This document shows, one piece after another, positions 22,128 to 32,000 of a DNA stretch of 64,000 nt (the stretch's first letter is position 1; every line of letters starts with the position of its first letter). The notes below the pieces were generated by a model. It was given only the letters and a program-made list of their open reading frames with translations. It had not been told where the DNA came from and did no database searches. Origin of the DNA: Trichomonas gallinae. Its lineage: Eukaryota. A program made the translations under genes and the position numbers. The stretch lies in contig MRSU01000358.1 of the NCBI GenBank assembly GCA_008369845.1, positions 1 to 64,000 on the forward strand. Direction: 5' to 3'.

Positions 22128-25100
22128 ATGTTCTTCCTGCTTAGTTTATCTCGAGCGGAAGAAGTATCATTAGAAAATGATTATTTTAAGCAAACATGGA
22201 CAATTACTGATGACAAACATCTTAAAACTAAAGAATTTGTCAATAAAAGAACAGATACTACACTTACTTTAACACCAGCAGATGGAAGTGAGGAATTCAT
22301 CATCTCCCTTCTTGGAAAGAAGGATATTCCAGCTGCTCTTGACAAGTCTACATGGAAGGCCACAGCCAATTCTGAAGAATCCACAGAAGGAGCTGAAGGC
22401 CCAGCACAAAACTTATTGGATAACAATGTTCATACAATGTGGCATAGTAAATATAGCGATTCTGGAAAAGGAGGCCACGATGATAGACCCCACCCTACTG
22501 ATCCTTTCAACTTCACCGTCAACACACAGACTCCAGTTAAGTTCAAAGCCATTTCTTACATCCCAAGAGCCGATGGCAACCCTAACGGTGTCCTTAAGGC
22601 TTTCAAGTTGTACGCTGGCAAGACATTAGATGAAATTAATCAGAAGGCAAAGGCTGGCACACCAGATTTTGAGGGTACATTCGTCAAGAACTACCAGAAC
22701 CACTGCTATGTCAACATGACAAAGGAAATCGAAGCCCAGTACATCATGATTGTTGCTATGGGCCTTAATAACTTTGGTTCTGGTGCTGAGTTCGACTTGT
22801 ATCCAGACTTCATTCCAACACTCTTCATGACCATCAAGGCCTCAGACTTCAAGCTCAAGGAGCACAAGAAGGACGGAAACAAGATCACATTCTCATACGA
22901 ACCAACAATTTTCTATGAATCCACATGGACAATCAACATGATCTATGACATGGAAGCGAAGAAGCACTACCTTCACAAGTATTTCGAGATCAAGTCTTCT
23001 GATGATTCAATTAAGATCGATTACATCGACCTTATCCACATCAACCTCAATGATGAAGACAAGAAGAAGTCTTGGGGCTCCCCATTCGTTGAGAACACAT
23101 TCAAGAACCTCGGCCAGCCACTTTATCTCAACACATTCTTCACAGGCTGCAGATTCCCAGTCGCTCACACAAAGTTCGAGGATGACACAAACATCGGCAG
23201 AATTAGATACTACTCCGGTAAGAAATTCGCTGATCTCGCTCACAACGATCAGGGCTTCTATGAGACATGGAAGACAGTTTTTGGTGCTGCTAGAGATTCC
23301 AGAATGGCTGTCGTTAGACAAGACTTCTTCGAGTACATCACAGATATTTCCACAAAGTCTCCATTCAGAAAGCAGTACAACTCATGGTACGACTGGATGC
23401 TTTCCATCACAGAAGAAAACATCCAGACATCCTTCAGAGAGATCGAAAAGGGCTGCACACAGTATGGCATCCCACCTCTCGACTCCTATGTCGTCGATGA
23501 TGGCTGGAACAACTACAACTCCAAGAAGTACGGTGTCTACTATCCACCGTGGTCCGGCACAACATACAACCAGGGCGGTTTCTGGGAGTTCAATGATAAG
23601 TTCCCCCACAAATTCACACCATCTTCTGAATTCTCACGCAAGGTCGGCTCCAACTTCGGTGTCTGGCTCGGCCCACGTGGTGGTTACTCCTCTCCAGCTG
23701 CTTTCGGCAAAATGATGGAAGATGCTGGCATGGGCTACTACAACAAGAACGGTCAGGATGTCGATGTCGGTTCCCACAAGTACATCAAGAACATGAAGGA
23801 TCTTTTGATCTCATTCATCAAGGATTATAAGGTCAACTACTACAAACTCGATGGTTTCACAGATAATCCATGCACAGATCCAACACACGATCACATGGTC
23901 GGTGGCCCAGATAACATGTACTTCTACACAGATGAGTACGAGCACATTATCGAAGCTTACAAGGAAATGATCAAGACAGCTGAAGATGTTGGCCTTGACA
24001 ACTTCTGGATCTCATCCACAACATGGACATCATTGTCTCCATTCCACCTTCAGTGGTCTAACTCAGTTTGGATCCAGATCTCCGGAGATGCTGGTCAGAT
24101 AATCATCGGCAACAACACAAACCAGGCTGACCAGGCTCTCACATACAGAGATAACTGCTACCACTCATTCTACGCTGAGCGTGAATATCAATTCCCAGCT
24201 AAGAACCTCTACAATCACGATCCAATCTATGGACAGACAGGCACAGCTCTCCGTGACTCCATGGATGATGACTACTTCAGAACATTCCTTTCTGGATGCG
24301 TCATGAGAGGCACTGCCTTCTTCGAACTCTACTACACCTACGATATGCTCTACGAAGGCGACAAGTGGTACGTTTCTGCCGATGTCCTCACATGGGCTGA
24401 GAAGAACCACGAAATCCTCAGGCACTCACAGATCTTTGGCGGCAATCCAGGCAACGGTGAAGTCTACGGCTTCTCTGCATGGAATGAGTGGGATGGTGCT
24501 ATCTCTCTCCGTAACCCAGGCACAAAGGTCGTTGAGTTCTCTGTCGTTCTCGACAGAAACATCGGCGTCACTGAGGGCATCGAAAAGACATACAGATCAA
24601 CAAGACTCCACCACCGCACAACAGCTACAGAAGAGATCAAGAGCGGCGTCCCGTACAAGTATGGCGACACACTCAAAGTCACACTTAACCCAGGTGAGTA
24701 CAGAATCTACGAGTTCAGGAAGGTTCTTGACACAATTCCACCAAAGATCGAGTTGATCAAGGCTAAGGCTGACAACCAGGTTGATGTCAGATTCGATGAA
24801 TACATCGATCTTACAAACGCCAAGTTCTCCATCAGTGGACTCAAGATCCTCGATTACAAGATCAGAGGCGACCTCAGAACAGTCACACTCACAGTCTCCT
24901 CAATGGTTGCTAACACAGACTACGTCCTTAACGTTGAAAACGTCGCAGACATCTTCGGCAACAAGTTCTCTGGTAAGAAGACATTCACATACTTCATGAA
25001 CAACATGATCGGCTACAAGCAGGGTCAATTCATCGTTCAGGCTCCAATCGAGCTCACAAAGAAGGAAGTCGAGACAGACTCCTTCACACTCCAGATGAAC

Positions 25101-28100
25101 TTCATTGCTAAGAAGACAATTGACAATGCAAGACTTATGTACACAGCTGACGGCAACATCGAAGTCAAGATCGTTGACAATGCTGTCTCATTCAAGGTTG
25201 GCAATCTCACACTTGTCACAGACAAGCTTACAGAAGATTTCTTCAAGATCACATGCGTCAGAGAGCGCAACACAATGCTCAAGATCTACATTGATGGCGA
25301 ACTCGTTAAGTCACTCTACGACAAGTATCAGCCACAGAACGTCGTTGTCGGCAAGGTCACACTTGGCTCCGTTATCAGAACAATTTCTCATGCTGAAGTC
25401 TACAACTACGCCTTAGGCTACAACGAAATCGGCAAGGAAATCAACATCGGCAACGAGTTCATTGCTAGAGACTTCCAGATCGTCGACGGAAAGGTCAGGT
25501 CCTCTGCTGTCAGGAATCTCAGAACAAACTCTGTCTTCGTCCCACAGCAGGATTCCGAGGAGTTCATCATCGCTTCACATGCATTCTCGATGACAAAGGA
25601 GCAGCCACTCGATAGAAAGAACTGGAAGATCACAGCTAACTCAGAAGAAACAACAGTCGCTGGCCAAGAGGGTGCTGCTGTCAACTTAATCGATGGTAAC
25701 ATCAAGACACTCTGGCACAGCCGCTACTCAACATCCGGACAGGGTGGCCACGATGATAGACAGAGCAAGAAGGATCCATTCAGAATTGACATTGATATGG
25801 GCAAAATCCAGGAGATCGGCGCTTTCTCTTACACACCAAGACAAGTTGGTGACAACGGCATCGTCAAGAACTATGAATTCTACGGTGCAGAAACAAAGGA
25901 GGAGTTAGATGCTATGGTCCAGGATGGCAAATACCTTGTCAAGGGCACATTCGAGTACGATGGCCTCTACCCAGTCTACATCAACCTTACAGCTCTCGTT
26001 AAGGTCCGCTATGTCGCATTCCGCGATATCATTGATAGCGAGAAGGAGTACGGAAGTGGTGCAGAGTTCAACATCTATGCTAAGTTCGTGCACCCATCCC
26101 ACTATGTCAAGTCTTCTCAGTTTACACTTGATTCATACAACCTTGTCTCCGATGATGATATCCAGACATTGTCATTCGTCTACAAGCCATTGAATTACAA
26201 GAACGAGGAGATCACTGTCACAGAGAACATCATCTTGAACAAGTCCAAGCACTACATCGAGAAGGAGCTCTCAGTCAAGTTCGCCCAGACATCAAGCATA
26301 ATTATCGACTACATTGATTTAGATGTCTTCGTTCTTTCTCACGGCGATCGCGAACACTCATGGAAGCACACCAACCACGCCGACTACGATAGCTACTTGA
26401 ACGTCGACTTCATCAACCTCGGCCAGCCAATCTACGTCAATGACCTCTTCTTCGCATGCAGATTCCCACTCAGCGACAACGATATCGTTAATGACAACGT
26501 TGCCAGACTCAGATACTACTCCGGCAAGAGGTTCAGCGAGCTCGACATGACAGGCGACAAGTACGTCTGCTGGAAGACAGTCTTAGGTGCTGCTAGAGAG
26601 GAGTCCATCCCAGTCATCAGAGCTGACTTCTTCTCCTACATCGACGACATCGTTATCCCAACGAAGTTCAGAAAGCAGTACAACTCATGGTACGACTGGA
26701 TGCTCGACATCAACGAGTCCAACATTCTTGAGTCATTCAAGGAAATCGAAAAGGGCTGCACACAGTTCGGCGTTCCACCGCTTGATTCCTATGTCATCGA
26801 TGATGGTTGGAACAACTACAACTCCGAGAAGTACCACGTCTATGAGCCAACAGTTTCTGGCACAACAAACAACACAGAAGGCTTCTGGACATTCAACAAC
26901 AAGTTCCCACAGGGCCTCACAAAGCCATCCGACTACGCTCGCAAGATGAGCAGTGGCTTCGGCCTCTGGCACGGTCCACGTGGTGGCTATGGCGTTCCAC
27001 ACCAGTTCGCCCAGATGATCCAGGACGCTGGCAAGGGCTACGTCAACTCTAGAGAATACGATATTGATGTCGGCTCACACAAGTACATCGAAGGCCTCAA
27101 GCAGCTTTGGTCCAACTGGACAGCTCTCTACAAGATCAACTACTGGAAACTTGATGGCTTCCAATTCCGTGACTGCCTGGATGAGTCACACGATCACAAG
27201 ACAGGTGGCTTCCGCGGCATGTACTACTGGGTTGATATGTGGGAGCGCTACATCAAGGTGTTCCAGTACATCAGAAAGACAGCCGTTGACAACGCCGTCA
27301 TGGACTTCTGGATCTCCATTACAACATGGGTTAACCCATCTCCATTCCACCTCCAGTGGGCTAACTCTGTCTACATCCAGATCTCTTCTGATCACGACTT
27401 CATTGATATCGGCGGTAACCACAACTATGCTGACCAGATGCTCACATACAGAGATTCCTGCTACTACAACTTCACAGATTACCTCCAGTTCCAGTTCCCA
27501 CTCAAGTTCCTCTACAACCACGACCCAATCTACGGCAAGTGGGGCACACCACTCCAGAACTCTATGACAGACGAAGAGTTCAGATACTTCCTTTCCTTCT
27601 GCGCTATGCGTGGTAATGCATTCTGGGAGATGTACTTCTCCTACACAATGCTTGATGAAGGCGAGAAGTGGTACGTCAACGCCGACGTTCTCCATTGGAT
27701 CGAGTCCAGATATGATGTCCTCCAGCACTCCCAGAGATTCGGCCTTGACTCCCGCCTTGGCGAAGTCTACGGCTACTCCGCTTGGACAATGCGTGAAGCT
27801 GGCGCAACAGGCACAATCTCCCTCAGAAACCCAGGTGGCGAAACCAAGAAATACAAGATCACACTCGATAGAACAATCGGTGTCCCAGAAGATGCTAAGG
27901 AGATCTTCCCAATCCTCTACTTCAACCACAAGGTTCCATCCCAGCAATTCCCTGAGAACAAGGCACTCCACTATGGTGATTCCATGGAGTTCGTCTTACC
28001 AGGAGGCTCTGGCATTATCATCAACTTCGAGCCAGTCGCTGACAAGAAGGCTCCAGAAGTCGAAGTCGCCAAGTTCATCGCCCAGGATCAGATCCTCGTC

Positions 28101-28940
28101 AGATTCAACAAGCCAGTCAGACTCCACGAGGGCTGCTTCAAGGTCGAGAAGAAGAATGTTGTCAACATGACAATGAAGGCCGACTTCAAGACAGTTATCA
28201 TCACAACTGATAAGAAGTTCTGCAAGAACAACCACTACAAGCTCTCCATTGTTAAACTCGAAGATTTGCTCGGCAACCCGCTCAATTCCGATATCACTTT
28301 GAACTATGTTGCTAACAACAAGATCATCGAACTCAACGCAACAGTCGCTAACAAGAAGATGACATTGTCATCTACATCATTCAACCTCGATACATTCTCA
28401 TTCAAGTTCAGCCTCAATGACATGAAGTCTAACTACAACGGCGTCATCCTTCAGGATGAAGAGAACAAGGTCTTCGTCGCTCTCGATGATGGCCACGTCA
28501 AGTTCACAGTTGGTGATGTCACAGCTAGATCCCTCGAGAAGATTTCTGCTCACGACAACGTCACATTAGTCCGTGAGAGAAACTCCTTGATCAAAATCTA
28601 CGTCAATGGTGTCATTTCCAACACATCATTCGCTAAGGGCCAGTCTATCTCGCACAACCTCAAGACAATCGAGTTACTCGAATCTGGCTTAGAATTTGAG
28701 TCCATCACAGCAACAAACCAGGCCCTCGGCTATAACGAGACAAACATCGACCTTCCAGATGACTACGTCGATGTTCCTACTGATAACACAGATGACAACA
28801 GCAACCGCAAGCTCATTATCATCGTTTCTGTCTCAGTCGTTTCCGTCTGTGTTGTCATCGTTATCGCTCTTTCCGTCTTCATGTGCATGAGAAAGAAGGA
28901 TGCTGGAATCAACAGCATTCCACTCATCTCTCAACAGTGA
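22128..28940 (+). CDS. Membrane-anchored glycoside hydrolase with two tandem modules (CBM32/F5-8 C + GH36-type alpha-N-acetylgalactosaminidase/galactosaminidase + Ig-like + LamG-like)
   Basis: Signal-like N-terminus. QYNSWYDWML, PLDSYV(V/I)DDGW, Y(Y/W)KLDG and YNHDPIYG each occur twice. Two WKxTANSEE...WHS discoidin-like domains. C-terminal TM LIIIVSVSVVSVCVVIVIALSVF. Confidence 0.88.
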   Translation: MFFLLSLSRAEEVSLENDYFKQTWTITDDKHLKTKEFVNKRTDTTLTLTPADGSEEFIISLLGKKDIPAALDKSTWKATANSEESTEGAEGPAQNLLDNNVHTMWHSKYSDSGKGGHDDRPHPTDPFNFTVNTQTPVKFKAISYIPRADGNPNGVLKAFKLYAGKTLDEINQKAKAGTPDFEGTFVKNYQNHCYVNMTKEIEAQYIMIVAMGLNNFGSGAEFDLYPDFIPTLFMTIKASDFKLKEHKKDGNKITFSYEPTIFYESTWTINMIYDMEAKKHYLHKYFEIKSSDDSIKIDYIDLIHINLNDEDKKKSWGSPFVENTFKNLGQPLYLNTFFTGCRFPVAHTKFEDDTNIGRIRYYSGKKFADLAHNDQGFYETWKTVFGAARDSRMAVVRQDFFEYITDISTKSPFRKQYNSWYDWMLSITEENIQTSFREIEKGCTQYGIPPLDSYVVDDGWNNYNSKKYGVYYPPWSGTTYNQGGFWEFNDKFPHKFTPSSEFSRKVGSNFGVWLGPRGGYSSPAAFGKMMEDAGMGYYNKNGQDVDVGSHKYIKNMKDLLISFIKDYKVNYYKLDGFTDNPCTDPTHDHMVGGPDNMYFYTDEYEHIIEAYKEMIKTAEDVGLDNFWISSTTWTSLSPFHLQWSNSVWIQISGDAGQIIIGNNTNQADQALTYRDNCYHSFYAEREYQFPAKNLYNHDPIYGQTGTALRDSMDDDYFRTFLSGCVMRGTAFFELYYTYDMLYEGDKWYVSADVLTWAEKNHEILRHSQIFGGNPGNGEVYGFSAWNEWDGAISLRNPGTKVVEFSVVLDRNIGVTEGIEKTYRSTRLHHRTTATEEIKSGVPYKYGDTLKVTLNPGEYRIYEFRKVLDTIPPKIELIKAKADNQVDVRFDEYIDLTNAKFSISGLKILDYKIRGDLRTVTLTVSSMVANTDYVLNVENVADIFGNKFSGKKTFTYFMNNMIGYKQGQFIVQAPIELTKKEVETDSFTLQMNFIAKKTIDNARLMYTADGNIEVKIVDNAVSFKVGNLTLVTDKLTEDFFKITCVRERNTMLKIYIDGELVKSLYDKYQPQNVVVGKVTLGSVIRTISHAEVYNYALGYNEIGKEINIGNEFIARDFQIVDGKVRSSAVRNLRTNSVFVPQQDSEEFIIASHAFSMTKEQPLDRKNWKITANSEETTVAGQEGAAVNLIDGNIKTLWHSRYSTSGQGGHDDRQSKKDPFRIDIDMGKIQEIGAFSYTPRQVGDNGIVKNYEFYGAETKEELDAMVQDGKYLVKGTFEYDGLYPVYINLTALVKVRYVAFRDIIDSEKEYGSGAEFNIYAKFVHPSHYVKSSQFTLDSYNLVSDDDIQTLSFVYKPLNYKNEEITVTENIILNKSKHYIEKELSVKFAQTSSIIIDYIDLDVFVLSHGDREHSWKHTNHADYDSYLNVDFINLGQPIYVNDLFFACRFPLSDNDIVNDNVARLRYYSGKRFSELDMTGDKYVCWKTVLGAAREESIPVIRADFFSYIDDIVIPTKFRKQYNSWYDWMLDINESNILESFKEIEKGCTQFGVPPLDSYVIDDGWNNYNSEKYHVYEPTVSGTTNNTEGFWTFNNKFPQGLTKPSDYARKMSSGFGLWHGPRGGYGVPHQFAQMIQDAGKGYVNSREYDIDVGSHKYIEGLKQLWSNWTALYKINYWKLDGFQFRDCLDESHDHKTGGFRGMYYWVDMWERYIKVFQYIRKTAVDNAVMDFWISITTWVNPSPFHLQWANSVYIQISSDHDFIDIGGNHNYADQMLTYRDSCYYNFTDYLQFQFPLKFLYNHDPIYGKWGTPLQNSMTDEEFRYFLSFCAMRGNAFWEMYFSYTMLDEGEKWYVNADVLHWIESRYDVLQHSQRFGLDSRLGEVYGYSAWTMREAGATGTISLRNPGGETKKYKITLDRTIGVPEDAKEIFPILYFNHKVPSQQFPENKALHYGDSMEFVLPGGSGIIINFEPVADKKAPEVEVAKFIAQDQILVRFNKPVRLHEGCFKVEKKNVVNMTMKADFKTVIITTDKKFCKNNHYKLSIVKLEDLLGNPLNSDITLNYVANNKIIELNATVANKKMTLSSTSFNLDTFSFKFSLNDMKSNYNGVILQDEENKVFVALDDGHVKFTVGDVTARSLEKISAHDNVTLVRERNSLIKIYVNGVISNTSFAKGQSISHNLKTIELLESGLEFESITATNQALGYNETNIDLPDDYVDVPTDNTDDNSNRKLIIIVSVSVVSVCVVIVIALSVFMCMRKKDAGINSIPLISQQ

Positions 28941-29077
28941 GAATATTTTCAACTTCAAATTAAATAAACTCTTACTTTTCAATTAAATTTCTTGATATAT
29001 GTATAATATATATAATTACCTGAGAAGTCTTGATTCTTCCAAAAATGATTTATTAAACATACAAATAATATAAATAA

Positions 29078-32000
29078 TTAAAAGCTAATCAGTTGTATTG
29101 TGTTGGGCTTTGGCATTGCAACAACTGTCTTGTAATACTTGGAATAAGTAATCTTCTTAATTGGCTTTGAAGACGAAAGTTTCTTGATGACTTCGAAATT
29201 ATAAGGATTCAAGATGAAAACTCCGCAGTTGTCTGTCGAAACAAACAAAAATTCCATGTTCTGGTTGAATAAAACTTCATTGAACTGCGTAATTGATAAG
29301 TTCATGTCATGTGATTTCATGAAGTTTCCTGATATAGTGAAAGCATGAATTATTGAGTTTTCTGTCAAAACGAATAATAAACCTGAATCAAATATCGCGA
29401 TTTTTCTAGGCTTATCTGCTTGGCTGCAGGCTTTGAACATGTGGAAGATCTTGAAATCGGACGTGTTCAGAAGATAAATCATTCCATCTGAACTCAAAAT
29501 AGCAATTGTCATCAAAATCTCCGAGCAAACCATAGATTTCGTGTTGACAATTGGCAGTTTTACTGTCAAAAACTTCCTCGTGTTCGTGATGAAGAAAGTT
29601 CCATCATCGCAGATTCCTATAACAGAATCATTCTCAAAAGGAATCATATCGCATACATTGAACAAAAACTCATCACATGTGTAAGCATTTTGAGTTAAAT
29701 GCAAAATCATCAACTTCTTCTCAAACTGTTTGTAAATTACACATAGAGACAAATCATTAGAAAAAGCAGAAATTGTTGCATTTTCGTGTTCAATCTCAAA
29801 CGGCAATAAAATTTGGTCCTGTTGGTTGATAACTTTCTTGCCTGAATTCACCATCAAATTCACCCTTTCTATGTGTTTGCTGAATAAAAATGAAATCGTG
29901 TTCTGAGACATATTCATCGTGTGGCAAATTTCATTTGTTTCTAATGCGTTGAAATCTTTTGATAAAATTGATGTATCTATTCTTTGTGAGTTGGAAACAC
30001 TAGCTAATGATGGGATCATTACATTGAACATATTGAAAATCCATTTGTGCAAAAACTTCAAACTTTGCTCGCTGTACAAAAATCTGCAGTTTTCTTTAAC
30101 TTCGCTAGTTGAAACTTTAAAAGAAACAACAGAATCCGGACAAGAAAAGAATTCTGGAGTTAACTCGTTATATTTCAAAGAAACGATGTCATTGTTTGGT
30201 ATTTTGAACAAAATACTTACGTCTTCATCAGACATTACAGGCAAAACCATTGACAAATCATCCCTTGGCTTCGGAAAAACTGGATAATTCTTAGGAGTAT
30301 TGAAAGACTTTCCTGATGAAAAGTTCAGATAAATCAAGAAATAATTAAGCGTAATATTTCCTACAAAGAGTTCTTCAATCATCTTCGTATAATCCGGCTC
30401 CATATTTACATGATTTTCAACTAAAAAATCAACAAAACTAACAAAGTTTTTGCTGAAAATTATGAAAATCATTATCGAATTATTCAAGAACAACTCAACA
30501 GCTTTCTTGTCATTGTATTCACGCTTATAGGCGTATTGGATATCTTTAGTGCTAATTACATATCCACCGATAACTATTGTATTGTTGGAATAATAAATAA
30601 TCGTTTTGAGTTCGACGCCAAATTGTAAAATTGAAACATTTTCGCAAACTTCACTTTCTTTTTCTATATATATAATTGGTGGTTTTCCGTGCATGAATGG
30701 TTCGAAGTTCCTTGAGAACAATAAAACTTTCTTGCTCAACTGTTTGTTGTTATTGTTTTGAATGATAAACTCGTTTTTGATTTTCTCGATTTCATAAAAA
30801 ACTTGAAAATCAGTGTTTTTCTTTATGGTTATTTCATTAAATTGATGCTTGTTATATTCTTCATGCCAGTTAATAGATTTCGCGTAGTTATGAAATAGAA
30901 TTGTCATGTATTGGGAAACTTCAGCCAAAGCATTGCAAACGAAAGAATCAACATCATTATTAATATTTTCGTCGTTGTAGAAGCTTGTCAATAAAATATT
31001 TTTGTATTTGTTGAACAAATCTATGAATGTTTGCCTGTCATTGTTGTAATAACAAGTAAACAAGAAAACAGATAAAGCAGTTATGTCATTTTCTATCAAT
31101 GAATCTTTCGTGAAAAATTCAATAATCTTGAACCAGTTTCCGTAATTTTGGATATAAATGGATAACATATGTGTCAAAATCTGCGGCAATGTTATGAACT
31201 GATTCTTTGTTATCTGTAATCTCGTTTTAAGGAAATCATCTCTGAACAAGTAAACGTATTCGAAAATTGATCTAATAACAAATAAACTTGGTTTTTCATT
31301 TTCAACGAATTTAATTTGCAGATAATGAATTTTGTCTATTATCTCAACAACTTGATCGATGTTTGTTATCTTATCTGATATAGTTAAATCAGTTTCAATT
31401 ATAGGAACATAGAAAAGAAATATTGACATGATTCCGAGTTTTTCTGTCATTGTTTTTTCTTCTTTCTTTTGGCCGAGAATTTCCAAGAAAATTGATTCCA
31501 GGAAATAAGAATCGATTTTCATGATCTTTAAGAAGCAAATTATTGTCTTCACGTAGTATGAAAAGTTAGTGCACGAGAACATTATATTAGAAATGAACCT
31601 AATTAAAGCAATATCAAGAACATTGTCGAATTGCGAAATCGTGAAAATCATCCATTCAAGAACAAATTTTGAGTTTTCGATAATTTTGTTCATTTCGATT
31701 TGCGACAGTTTTTGGATGAAGCATATAAATGAGTCATTGGATATGTACTTCGACATGCAGAATATAATGTCATATAAGCATCCTGGATTATTACAAACCA
31801 AGAATTTGTTTGGATAATTTATAAACAATTTTTCATCAATGTGGATGTTTTTGTCTCTTTTCGTGTTAATTATGTCAATAATTTTGTCTTGTATTCCAAT
31901 TTCTAACAATTTTGATACTATATTGTTGTTATATTTCGTTTGTGGATGTAAACCTAATAGATATACAAGCAATTGTTGAGTTTTTGAAGGCTCGGCGTGT

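Noticed and set aside
22181..28890. Many overlapping and antisense ORFs (up to 261 aa) inside the glycosidase gene, and similar ones in POL2 and pyk
   Set aside because: Shadow ORFs caused by strong codon bias. They have no recognisable domains.
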